Origin: Catajapyx aquilonaris
Taxonomy: Eukaryota
Assembly: GCA_000934665.2 (NCBI GenBank)
Contig: KZ538948.1
Location: forward strand, 1 to 38,977
Length of the DNA: 38,977 nt
Direction of reading: 5' to 3'
Below, piece by piece: positions 23,657-35,180 of this stretch. Under the pieces are notes generated by a model that was not told the DNA's origin, did no database searches, and saw only the letters and a list, made by a program, of their open reading frames with translations. Each line of letters begins with the position of its first letter. Positions within the stretch are counted from its first letter, which is position 1. The position numbers and the translations under genes were made by a program.

Positions 23657-23713
23657 TGCAGTGAGCTCACTTTTCCAAGGCTGGTCCGGACTTGGAAAAG
23701 TGTGCTCACTGCA
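23657..23713. repeat. Isolated hairpin, 23-bp stem and 11-nt loop
   Basis: TGCAGTGAGCTCACTTTTCCAAG-GCTGGTCCGGA-CTTGGAAAAGTGTGCTCACTGCA, one mismatch. Confidence 0.8.
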
Positions 23714-23828
23714 CCATGATGATGGCATCTGCGGGAAAATCCGAACGAATAGAGAGACAGCGTTGATAGCCACGTTGAGCACTCATTACTATAGGAAGTT
23801 GTACGTACTTATAGGCCTGAAGTATACT

Positions 23829-24357
23829 CAGTGACGTATTTAGGTTTTTGCCGCCCCTAGGCATAGCCTTATCTGCCCCCCCCCCTCCCCCCGCCCCCAA
23901 TGGCTGATTTTTAGGTCCGAGATAGGGGAAATTCCAAAATTTGCGGATTTCAAGGCCAAATATCTCGAAAATTGTCATTTCAAATAATTTGAAATTTTGG
24001 TCATGGATTAGCAAAATCCAGTGAATTTCATCTTGGGCTTTATACACTTTTATGCCGCTCCAAGGTGAATCGACCGATGCCCAGACCAGTAAGGGCGAAA
24101 GTCGAGTGTAGATCCTGCACAGATCCCACTGTCGTAGGCGGGAAAGATGCACGCGACTTTCGCACTTACTGGTCTCGGGCATCGGGCGATTCATCTCGGG
24201 GCGGCACATGAACGGGGACGTCATAATTATAATTACATATTTTCGCACGCGTCAAAATGTTATCCTCGATAAAATTTTCCGCCTCCGTGACATTTTTGCC
24301 GCCCGCTAAAATATGACGCCCTAGGCACGTGCCTACTCGACCTATTGGGTTATACTG
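23829..24357. mobile_element. hAT-like non-autonomous element with damaged right end
   Basis: Starts CAGTGACGTATTTAGG...GCCGCCCCTAGGCA and ends ...GACGCCCTAGGCACGTGCCTA...GGGTTATACTG. GCCGCC(C) subterminal motifs are repeated. TSD not recoverable. Confidence 0.5.
24053..24206. repeat. Imperfect palindrome inside the hAT-like element
   Basis: TGCCGCTCCAAGGTGAATCGACCGATGCCCAGACCAGTAAG mirrors CTTACTGGTCTCGGGCATCGGGCGATTCATCTCGGGGCGGCA. Confidence 0.8.
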
Positions 24358-25771
24358 TATTGAATGCTAGATTTTGAACCAGACAAGCCTAAGTTCCCAA
24401 ACATTTGGGTTCGTCAGAAGGAGTGTGTAAGTTCCATGGTGTAACTCTTCTAACCCCAAAAAATGGAATAACGGAAACTGCTTAGCCAATGTCGCCCCTT
24501 TTTAAAACCACGTAATATCATGATATCCCCGAAATAGCCCATAACTTTCGGATTTTTCCTTCTAAATTCTTGATATTAATAATGTTGGAGGAAGCGAACC
24601 AGCAGATCCATATAGAAGCGGAATGGAATCACCCCCTATGGAGTCTAAATTAAAAAATTCATAACCTTAGCAAAGATCCCAGGCTTGAATGAAGACGGTC
24701 TGAAGTGATGAAAGGAATCTCGCTGAACTCTTGAGAAATCTAAGGAAAAGGAACTTACTCCTTATGGCCAAGCTACCTGGACCGGCAATAGAAACCCCCA
24801 ATATTAGAACCCCCTCAAAAATATGATATGGTAGAAAAAATTTTATCCTCAGATCGTGAGCCAATGCAGGCTTGAAGGAGAGAGCACAAGTATAGTATAG
24901 TAAGTTTATATCACTTAGGGGGTTGTAAAGTGTTGCTATGAGTGTTTATAGCAAAAGTTGTGTCTTGTTAGGCGCAAGTTGGGATACAGCACTTAGTTGT
25001 ACGGCAGCGAGCTTGCAGGCTATCGGCTTTAATTCCGGAGCAAGTTTGGTAGGAGAAGCTTCTATTCCGCACTTTCCGGGCTGCTATTTGGACTTTACGG
25101 TGGCGCAGAAAGGTTTGAAAAGCATCTTGGCAGCCTCTCGCTTTGGACCACAGGGAGGCACGAATTTGGAAATGTGCCGCGCCGTCTCACCTTCTGCATA
25201 ATCTCTATTCCACGGGTCACCTTCGAGCCAGACATAATGGACCGCATGTATTCACTTACAAAAAGCTCGGGAAGGAAACTGGCAAAAGCCCTTGTGTTTT
25301 CGCGCAATTACATTACAATGGCTGTTTCAGAGAGGGGGGGGGGGGGNGGGGGGGAAACCTACTTTGCAAATGCATTAAAATAACCAAAACATATATCGGT
25401 ATATGATTTTCAGTCATGTCGAATGTGGTTAAATGGTACACCGCTGCTAATACCATCGATATTGTTGCATTCGCACGAGCACTCTCATTTTCAGTATTCA
25501 CATAAGCCTCGATTTTATGAAATACTCGAATAACAGTTGCTGATATTGTAATGTATAGGAATGGATAGGAACAATCGCTTGAAAACAATTAATCCTGCTA
25601 TCTGATTTTAAGTAGGATCGAAAACATTGAAAATTGGCACTCTATAAGTTATTTTGATCCTGTAATATGTGTAGTACATCGGTACACATATTTAGCTGCG
25701 GAACCTGCAACTTAATATCCTCTTAACGTCAGATGTACTGACCACATTATCCACACTACACGTCCTGAGGT

Positions 25772-25925
25772 CATCTACATCCAGGATGTGCGATTAGTTG
25801 GTGGACGTTGCGTCCATCAACTTGTCTGAAAGGCAGCGGAAGAACCGGATGTCATCAGCAGAGCCCCTTCAAATAGCTTGTGGTTTATCAGGAATTCGCA
25901 CTCCTGGATGTCGGATACAGATGCC
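25772..25925. repeat. Degenerate inverted repeat (old MITE relic)
   Basis: ACATCCAGGATGTGCGA (25777-25793) and TCGCACTCCTGGATGT (25896-25911) are inverted copies with weaker extension on both sides. Confidence 0.4.
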
Positions 25926-26793
25926 ATGTTAAGTTTTATCAAGTAACACACTTCACTCCAACTTCACTCAATACATGTAGATATTACTAACTGGTGAGTG
26001 TTTGAAAACTTTTTCCAGTTGTTTTAGGAATCTTCGAATTACCTTTGATAAGACTTGACTTTTCAAAGCAATGTTATAAAAGGTAACATAAGCAAAGAAG
26101 TGTACAGTACGTGCCAGGATTGCGGGCTACTATGACAGTGAGTAGAGAATTCTAAGCAAGCTCTCTCTCTCTTCTGAGCGATAATCCACTAATATTCAAG
26201 TATAGTGTCAAAAAGGATGTTCTTATTTGTGCATTATACAGAATACAGCCTACGTATAACCAAGAGCTAATGGTATAACCCATTCACACCTAGCAGTTAA
26301 TGAGACCTTCCACACAATTGGCACAAAGCAACCCGACTGCACGCTGTTACTCATGTGTATAAGGCATGACAAATAAATACAAAGGCTTATTCATTCTCAT
26401 TTTGCGTACACAGACTAAAGACTGTCCGGGTAGTCTGCTCGACTATCCCGGGACAGGTATACTGTACACCGGATTACCCTAAGTGAATAATCTTTGCTAG
26501 AATTCGTAAAAAAATAAACCTGAAGATCTGAAATCCCGAATGATTACAGTTCTTGTAATAGAACAGAAAATTTTGAGAGATGAGGGCTTGAAGACTGAAG
26601 ACTGCATTATCCATTATGGGATTATGTTTCATCAAACTCTTCTTTAGAGGACTGTTATTTATCTGTCAGAAAGAAGATATTGTCATCAGAAAGTTTGCGT
26701 CTAGGACTATATGTTAAACAATGGCTGACTCAAAGTCTCATTCAACCCAAATGTAACAGATCATTCTGCATATCAATGTTCCAGTTTATATAT

Positions 26794-27059
26794 TGAAGAC
26801 CTCGGGGGAAGAACGATCAAGGTCCGCCTCAAGTGAAACCGAGATATTCCAATTTTAAATTTCAAAGTCCCATAAGATTCCATTGTAAATCCCACTTTCG
26901 GGACCTTCCATTGGGATCTATGATCATTACTCCACAACCACGACCAAACCATCATATTCTACGGTAATAAAACTATCTTCTGAGATATGTAACTCTTTTT
27001 TTTGTTTTTTTTATTTTTACAAAAAGTGAACCTTGATCGTTCTTCCACCGAGGCCTTCA
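26794..27059. mobile_element. MITE with ~30-bp TIR (superfamily unclear)
   Basis: TGAAGACCTCGGGGGAAGAACGATCAAGG ... CCTTGATCGTTCTTCCACCGAGGCCTTCA (2 mismatches). Confidence 0.7.
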
Positions 27060-27313
27060 TTTATTCTGTTGTTATGATAATAATAATAATTTGATACCCC
27101 ATTATCAGCCTACGGGCTTTCCTAGGGGGGGATTTCTCCCAATTTTTTGTCTGGAACTCTTTCCATTTTTTACTATTTTCTCATCACTGGAATGAAGCAG
27201 GGAAAGGGAAGGAAGGAGGCGGCTGTGGCCTATATTACGGTAACGACCCCGGAATTATCATGCAAGGACCATGGGAAACCACAGAAAACCATGATCAGGG
27301 TCGTCGGCCTCCG

Positions 27314-27324
27314 GGATTCGAACC
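27314..27324 (-). promoter_or_regulatory. RNA polymerase III B box of the SINE
   Basis: GGTTCGAATCC on the minus strand, 32 nt after the A box. Confidence 0.88.
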
Positions 27325-27356
27325 CAGGACCTCCCGATTAGCAGTCGGACACCATA

Positions 27357-27367
27357 CCACTACACCA
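27357..27367 (-). promoter_or_regulatory. RNA polymerase III A box of the SINE
   Basis: TGGTGTAGTGG on the minus strand, ~12 nt from the SINE 5' end. Confidence 0.8.
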
Positions 27368-27416
27368 CTACTGCTTCGGTTTATTCTGTTGTTATGTATA
27401 GGCTACTTTTGATTAA

Positions 27417-27866
27417 GGGCCGGTTGTATTAACGCGAGTTAAAGGAGAAAATCCGAGGTTTCAAAACCGGAGGTTTTCGAAAACTCCGACATGCGATGTA
27501 TCAACACATCTCAAGTGAACTTAACCTGTGGTTTGAAAACTCGCGCGATTACCTCAGGGGCTATTCCAAATTTATCCATCGCTCACCGCTGCAGTAGCCC
27601 ATTGGCTGGAAATGTCACGCGACGTTACGTCACACAACCCAATGTCACATTAGCCAACTATAACAGCGACCCCCACAGTGCAGCTGCATCCAGAAAACCA
27701 CAGGTTTTCCTCCTTAACCTGCCAAAATCGGGAGGTTAGTGTTCACCAGAGATTTAACTGCAGGTTTGCGCAAACTCGCGTTGATACAATGAGGTTTTCG
27801 TTAATCACGGATTTACTGCCTCGTAACCGCAGGTTTAGAGAAAGTTTGCGTTGATACAACAGGCCC
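27417..27866. mobile_element. PIF/Harbinger (Tourist-like) MITE
   Basis: TAA|GGGCCGGTTGTATTAACGCGAGTT ... TTTGCGTTGATACAACAGGCCC|TAA. Internal (C/T)G(A/C)(G/A)GGTTT-like repeats. An extra TIR-like copy AACTCGCGTTGATACAA lies near 27773. Confidence 0.88.
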
Positions 27867-28101
27867 TAAGAACCAGACAATCGATCCGAAGGATACATTT
27901 TTCCTCCCGATCTAAAGGCGGATTCCCTTAAATTCAGGCTGAGATTTATAAAATGGGGATATAAATAACACAGAGAACTGTAGAAAACCTACTTTAAAAG
28001 TAGACCTACAGTATATTACACTAATCGTTCTAAGTGCAAGTCGCAGTTTACGATAGTTATATCCAATATCATCTAAGTTCCCGTGGTATTTTTCTTCCTA
28101 A

Positions 28102-28228
28102 CCCTGTAATGCCCCTTGGGTCATATCTGGCACACCATTTAGTGCAATTTGGCACTTACAGGAAATATAAAAATTGCAAAAATTGCACTAAATGGTGTGC
28201 CAGATATGACCCAAGAGGCATTACAGGG
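28102..28228. mobile_element. piggyBac-type MITE
   Basis: CTAA|CCCTGTAATGCC...GGCATTACAGGG|TTAA with ~49-bp arms and one mismatch. CCCT/AGGG termini; TTAA-type TSD with the left copy variant. Confidence 0.8.
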
Positions 28229-28362
28229 TTAAGGAGTAGGATGACACGTAATGAGATGCAATATCATATTATACAAAGAATGATGAGAACTGTGGATGGC
28301 ATAGGTAAGTGATTAATCTCATGTTTAAATATTAAAACCACAAGTATAAGTTTTTCTAATAA

Positions 28363-29026
28363 AGGACCTGTTCAAAGTTATCCTGGCAAAGAAAGGCCAC
28401 CCACATGGCTCAATGATTCGTGTCAATTAGATTGGAGCAGATCACTGAAACTTGGCAACGCAGGGGAGTTGGATCAAAATGTTGCTGTCCAGCCACTCTA
28501 ATATATGTCATTCAATGGAAGAATGCTTCTAAAGGGTGACCTCGGGTGACCTTCATCAGTTTGGAGAAAGAGTTCGGCCTTGCTTTGCCAACGAACCCCA
28601 TCTTGAGTCCGGCGAGTCCGCCCCTCTTTCACCTCTCTCTCTTTTAGGGGGGAGTGAGAGAGAGAGGAGAGGGAGAGAGGGAGAGATACGCGATTGGGCA
28701 AACGCGTGATATCTCGATGGGGCTTGCATTTCGCATATCGGTTCCCTGAGGCGGCATTTGTCTCACACGAATATTCTTACAACATTTTTACGGGGTAAAA
28801 ACCACACGAGTTTTCCTGCCTCTAAATCCACTAATAAAACAGTTCGCCACGTGACAACATGTTTTGAATCCTACCAAGGCCGCTAGGTAGCAACCCCTAC
28901 CACATCAAAGATACAGTCAGTGGCGAACACAGAGGCCTTTAGCGTAAAACTAGGTGCATAGATTATACACTACAAGATGCGCAAGATGGTTGCCGTTTAG
29001 GTAGCGGGGCTACTTGAACAGGTCCT
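28363..29026. mobile_element. Possible Kolobok-like non-autonomous element
   Basis: AAAGGACCTGTTCAA ... TTGAACAGGTCCTTT, a 15-bp perfect inverted repeat ~660 bp apart. AGG...CCT termini; the TTAA TSD is degenerate (ATAA / TTCT). Confidence 0.45.
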
Positions 29027-30563
29027 TTCTTACCGAAGATGTTTACTGTCCTCAATTACTACAATATATTTAACGCAATTTTACACAGCATAATGCGAAA
29101 GCTATATATGATCATAATTATGTGAAACGTGATATGCGACGATTTTGATGTCATAACTCTCATTTGTTTCAAAAGGATGTGCATGTGTCTCCAGTCAGGC
29201 ATAAAAATTAATCTCACCCATATTTTAAAGCAAATGAAATTGTTGTAATTTAAACGAAAAATGTACCGTATTTCCCCGGCTTTGGGAATAGAATAATTTA
29301 TTCCACACCCAAGCATTTCACACCCTACAATTTGCTAAGTTAAAATAAAGAAAACAGAACGCAACGAAGTTCAGTAGGGATAATCCAATCTTCAACACGG
29401 GAATCCATTCATATGGCCACTGTAGCTTTAAACTTCGAGAAAACAATGGAAGGAACTGGAGCAAATAAGTGCCGGAAGGAAAGACCAAACGGCAAAGGAC
29501 CGGAAAAGCTTCATTTCTAGTATCCGTTCTTCCTCCCCGCCCCACCCTCTCCACCCTCCCCCAGCTCCCTCTCTTTGTCTCATAAAAATGTTCGTTTGTT
29601 ATTCCCACCTTTTTTGTTTCACCATATTAGGCCCTGTTCCGCTCCAAGTCTGCTGAGTACCACTTTAGGCAGCTACGCTACATATACTTTGCCCGCTAGA
29701 TTCAGTTACACTACAATAATATTTGTTCACGGAATTTGCTGATAAGGACTAAAAGGTTAACATAAGGCTCGCGTAGGAGTTAGCAGACCCCTTTCAATAA
29801 AGTACACATTCTGTACTGTACATGTCTCTTACAACTTTTCCAAGACTACCAAAGGAAGAATTGATTACATTAGTTCTGAAGGACAACACTTGAGTAGGCC
29901 TATAGTGAGGAGTGTCCAGAGGGTTTGGAAATAAAACGGTTTTATTTTGTTGGTTCTGAGTGAAAAGTTCTGCCTCAATAATATTTACCCTATATATGAA
30001 ACATGGCAGCTGTCGCAATCTTTTAATTTAAAGCTCGAATTAATCATATTAACAATCATGTAGGTGCTGGTCACTATCACAACCATTGACACTTCCTTAC
30101 CGAGTAAAACTACAATAGAAGTTAAATTACTGACTGAAGCTGTACCTAAAGGATACGCCACATCGTAAGCTCTCAATCCGCAATCAGGATTTTTAGAAAA
30201 GACTGAACAAATGCGTATTTGAAGAGTCCTTTTTTGAATCCCCCATCTCGCTCCAATTTCGCTTCCCTTCTTGTGAGTCCTCCCTTGCCTTTTGACTCGC
30301 CTGTCTCGGCATTTTCTCCCCGGATTCCATTCCACACTCGGCACACACAAGATTCCTGTCGACACGAACTCCTCCGAAACAACCTACTGTATTGTACTGT
30401 GGGCCCGTGCCACGTCAGACCATTCCCTCGACGCCCAAAATCCAAAATGAAAATCGATTTTTTTTCCTTCCCTCTCTCTCTCTCTCTCACTCTGTCTCTT
30501 TCTCCTACCGAATTTTTCATTATGCATAAGATTCCATTTTGAAAATTCTTCCTGTTAACACAC

Positions 30564-30626
30564 NNNNNNNNNNNNNNNNNNNNNNNNNNNNNNNNNNNNN
30601 NNNNNNNNNNNNNNNNNNNNNNNNNN
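30564..30626. other. Assembly gap (63 N); smaller gaps at 12171-12177 and 25347
   Basis: N runs next to homopolymers (poly-A, poly-C, poly-G). Confidence 0.98.
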
Positions 30627-31108
30627 AAAAAAAAAAAAAAACAAGAGCAAGAAACTGGTTCTGAAAGTGCTCCGACAGCAGTTGAAAATCTTCGAATGAA
30701 ACCCCCAGGAATACTAATTATCGCGCCAACTACTGAACCGAGAGTTGCTTCCAAATAAGGAAATGACTTCCATGCCAAGTGAGTCGCTGATGGGATTTGG
30801 CCAGATGAGAGGGAAGATGGGGGACCGCTTTATGAATATTAAGGAAAATTTTCTCTTCTCTTTCCTTCATGGAGCGTTCCCTTTCACGGAATGTTCCACT
30901 TCTCTAGAGTCAGGAATGTATATAGCTGGTCGTTCAGCCAGGGTGCGGGTGTGTTATGGAGAATGAGGACGGAGCAATACATTCAAGGGTCCAAGTACAA
31001 TCATCTCAGGACTTTTTTGTGTGCCAGTGGATGTGAAGTATATCCACTAGAATAATTCCGGTGCACAGATAAGTATTTTTGGTACAGGGTGGTCATAGAG
31101 TGCCATTC

Positions 31109-31418
31109 CATAGGACGAAACGACTGTAGGTGTACTAAGTTGCTTATAATCTTGTTAAATTAAGTATTTATGTAATGCCTTAGAAACACTCAACTATTGT
31201 GTTTTGTTAAGCGTTTAACGTCGCACCTGTACCTGTACCTGCTGGTGGTCTGGATGCATAGCTTCACAATCTTGCCAAGGGTTATTGTTTACATAGCCAT
31301 ATCACCAGCAATGATACAGGTACAACGTTAAACTGTCAACAAGACGCGTTGACACTGTTTCTAAGGCTTTACAGGCTTTTCAGCGACTTAGTGCACCTGC
31401 AGTTGTTTCGTCTATATG
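31109..31418. mobile_element. Old foldback MITE
   Basis: GACGAAACGACTGTAGGTGTACTAAGTTGCT mirrors AGCGACTTAGTGCACCTGCAGTTGTTTCGTC. Inner arms GCCTTAGAAACA/TGTTTCTAAGGC and GTTTAACGT/ACGTTAAAC. Many transitions; TSD not recoverable. Confidence 0.7.
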
Positions 31419-34400
31419 TATAAGTATAGGCGTATAGAGATTTCTCTTCTTACACATCACGTCATTTAAGTTGTAAAAACGAGGTCATTAGGGAAATTTG
31501 TAAAATGTGGGCAGTGTGCAACAGTTCCAACTGCTTAAGAAATGCATACAGCATAGAATACCCTTCACTGTGCTTGGTTAATTACGTAGGGTAGAGAGAA
31601 AGCAAGGCCAGGTCTGCACTCTTTCATATTTACCTTAATGGCCTTCTCTGTCGAATACATCATGTAAATTTAAATGGCATCGCGGTACCCGGAAGGTAAT
31701 TTTGAACCAGGAAGACAAGAACACGTACATCGGCTCTAATACCATCCCAATTAGTGGCAATATATATTAAAATTATTTTCCGTGTAATCTAATTCACTTC
31801 AAAAGTTTCTCCGCCACGAAACATTACCTTCGACTGAATTGATTATGTTATAAAGCAAGTTGGGAAGCCCGAGGTCTACCTGAAACTAATGAGTGAACGG
31901 AAACAATTAAGCAGGGAAAATACCCGGAGGGAGGCGTTACCAACAATCTGCAATACAACAGGGTCTGATTCCCACCCTTGGCTTGCTTGTTGCCCCATTC
32001 AGTTTAGGGCATCATTATTTGCGTGTGTAGTTGAAAAATAGTCAAACTGTTAATGATCACGGACTGTTTCAAAGTACATTTAGAACCTGCCAACCCAGTG
32101 TCCGTCAGTACAGCTCTCATGCAATGCCCACTACGCTATTTTAAACAACCGTTCGCACATAATGGTTAACTGTTATGATTGAAAACTAGCCTGTGCTGTC
32201 ACAAATTAGCAATGAGGGACAAGAGCGGGACATTAAGAGGACACTCGATGTAATGAACGCACGTATTTTCATGTTCGTCCCCACATGTGAGTAATAGGTG
32301 TCATCCTAGGCAAACCATGTAGCACATGTTTAGAGAGTGGAATAACTTGCAGGATACCCCTTACTATTCCCATGTGTGACTAAATTGAAAACATATTCAT
32401 CACTATACATTGAAATATTGCAAGTCCTTTTTAAATGTGAAACTGTAGCCTAGCTACATGAGCAGCAGTGCGTATGTTTTTTTGACACTACAATTTTAAA
32501 GCTCTAAATTGCAACTATTCACTCCAGCACTTTCATAAATCCGATTTGCCGTTAGCAAAACCCTGATACCCGAGCCTGTCTTACGCATGCCAAGCCAAGA
32601 AGCTAATCAGGCACTTGAGTACTGAACTTGTAGCTGGAAGCGGCACATTTGGAGAGTGTAATCATTCGGCGCTTTAGCCGCTTATTTTTATTTCAGGTAC
32701 CTTTTCGCAGGCAAGCGCCAAGTGCACATTAGGCTCGGCACATGGTGCCCACTATTATATAGATGAGGTGCCACTTGCAGATGGTTCTATGCAACCGCCT
32801 GTTTTTACTTCCAGAATGGGCGTATTTATGGCGTCGTTTCTTGTGCACGCGCTGCGCCACCAAAACTGGGAGCCCAAGTATTATTCTCGACAAAAGGGTG
32901 CAGCTTTATGGTTCTACCTAGGAAAATATGCACACCTACATAACATACATTTACTAGTGTACCATTTCAATGACCGGACAAATTAATGCGGATCCACACC
33001 AAAAAATTCATATTATGGAAACGTACCGCGTTGTTCATTGGAAATTAAAATGAACCAATGCCTACCGTGTTAAAAAGGGAGTATTGAATCATATTTTATT
33101 AATGTCAATTCAGGCAGGAGGCTCCCATCACTATGAAATCGTTTTAATAAAACCTCGTTATATTATCTGATTGGTGGATGCAGCTGCGTGCCTATGGGTG
33201 TAGATATTGGGAAGGCAGGATATACAGCAAATTCTATTGCATTGTTAGTAGCAGCACTCAAGCGGATGTAACCGTATAAAAGTTCAAAATGTGTGACAGT
33301 ATTTGTTTTAGAGGAATTTCTTTACGCTGCACATATTGCTTCAAATGTAGATAGTATAGAATTAAAAGAGCAATTCGACACACAGCATTGCATTAAAGAT
33401 GTAATTATAAAATGAATATTTCAATGGCCGATATACTGTACGAGTATTCCGTTTGTTGACAAAGCTGACAGAACTCTCCACACGTACAAAGGAAAAATTG
33501 CGAAATCATGGCCATTACTAGCCAGAAGCAATGCTCCTAGAAGCAGTGTTTTATGGTATTAGGGACAATACGATTTCCATTGCCTTCCGACAGCCAAGCA
33601 CTTTCATTAGCCTTATTTGAAACGCACGTGTGTGCAAAACCAAAGCTGTGTAATTAATGGAAAAAGACGGACGGCCCTGTACAATAACTGCACTTCCATA
33701 CAGGCAATAAAATGAGCCACCTATTATATTTCAGCTGGAAAGCCAGTCCGACTAGATCCGCGTGGTGCGGTGCACATTTTTTAATTTGGACCCCCGGTGT
33801 CTAAATGCCTATATCTCCCGCTCTCGGTGGCGACAGCTTCAGTCGCAATTTTCCGCCCAAATCCCTTGGCGTGCATAAATCATTCGTCCTATTATGGCAC
33901 GTTTCATATATTCCACATAGGCAGCCACCACTATACCCTCCTCCTCTCGAACCCCCTCTATCTCCTCTTTTTCATCCAGTTAGCAACAATTGGCTGCTTT
34001 CGGCATGAGGTAAATAGTAGCAGTGGAGGAAATTAGGGCAATTAGAGTCGCATCCTTTCTGCACGTTTTGTACTGGGATAATGGAATGGAGTGGGGGCCA
34101 TTTCGACATGCTTTGACACCTAACTGTTATTTTCCTGGCCCATCGAGCTTGTGCGGAACCTGGCGTCATTTCGTCTCCAATTGCGGCCAGTTGAAATTCC
34201 ACCTGAACCGGCTACACTGTCGACTGATGCCGAACCCAGTTTACTCTGCTTGCAAAATCCGACTCTGCCAGCAAATTCACAATCGATGCCAGTGCGCTGT
34301 GTTCAACCCCGGTGTCCATGATAAATATATCATTTTGCACATATTGCACTTTATGATGCAGGGCTGGCCTTGGGGTAGGCAACAATGACCGCTGCATATG

Positions 34401-34943
34401 GCTCATGGTTGGAAAAAAACGGATATACGTCAGAGAAAATGCGGGTTCAAATGATGGTAGAACAGGCTCAAATGAATAGGTAAAAGAGGAGTGAGTATCC
34501 AAGTTGTTAGTGCGCAGGAGATGAAAAGTCGGTTATTAATAATGTAACTTGTCATTAATGAAACTTACTCTAGTTGCTAACAACATATTGGAGGTCTGGG
34601 TTTCACGTCCCGCTGAGTAACGCTAAGTGTTAAAATAATCAGGACTGGTTTGTGTTGCAGACAACAACTGTCAAGGGTTTTAAAATAGGCATGCTTTGAG
34701 GCTCAGTCTCCTCATTGTGAATGCAACAGGTTCCAAACAAGACAAGTTAAACACCTGGTCATACTTTCAGCCTAAAGTGCGACGGATGCATCATAATTTA
34801 CTCATAAATTATGTTTCTCGTGGCATAAAGTACCAGCAATATTTTTACGTGCTCCATCCTGTTGATATTTATCGACACTTATCGGAATGGCAACTGTCGC
34901 ACACAAATTATGCCAGGCTATATTTTCTTTCTAGTGTAACATA

Positions 34944-35180
34944 CAGGGAGTTCCAAGTTCGTGGGTCGTTTTTTTAGCAGTGAATATTGCCCGAAGTAGT
35001 TATTTTTTGTAGCTTGTTGTTCCCCTTAGAACCAGATGCCCCCATTCTATAGCAACTGCTATATTCGACTCTCTGGAAGTAATGGGGAACATGGATTGGG
35101 CACAAAAGCTACACAAAAATAACTACTTCGGGCGATATCACTTATCTTAAAAAAACTACCCACAAACTTGGAACACTTGG
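34944..35180. mobile_element. Diverged Tc1/mariner-type MITE related to 6334-6749
   Basis: TA|CAGGGAGTTCCAAGTTCGTGGGTCGTTTTT ... AAAAACTACCCACAAACTTGGAACACTTGG|TA. Shares TTTTTTGTAGCTTGTTGT and CTGCTA(T/C)ATTCGAC with the 6334 element and lacks the nested insert. Confidence 0.8.

Larger units (their letters stand above)
27077..27379 (-). mobile_element. tRNA-derived SINE, full length, with 17-bp TSD
   Basis: Perfect direct repeat TTTATTCTGTTGTTATG at 27060-27076 and 27380-27396. Minus-strand tRNA-like head with A and B boxes and an anticodon-like arm (TCCGA-CTGCTAA-TCGGG). Central GGTTTTCTGTGGTTTCCC...AGGCCACAGCCGCCTCCTTCC block and (TTA)n tail. Confidence 0.92.

Noticed and set aside
23706..24248. 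180-aa minus-strand ORF
   Set aside because: Runs through a MITE-like element, a palindrome and a poly-C tract. Non-ATG start and no transposase motifs.
27300..27379. Functional tRNA gene (GCT anticodon)
   Set aside because: No proper acceptor stem or long Ser variable arm. It continues into a SINE body with tail and TSD.
28520..28562. Minus-strand CTGATGA followed by a hairpin (hammerhead-like)
   Set aside because: Followed by TAGAAGC rather than GAAA; stems I and III not found.
30173..30778. Longest track ORF (201 aa)
   Set aside because: Spans the N gap, a poly-A run and a CT microsatellite; low-complexity translation.
31113..31412. Selection for G-U wobble pairs in the old foldback
   Set aside because: The outer four mismatches are G-U on the plus strand, but inner mismatches are mostly A-C. 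No consistent bias.
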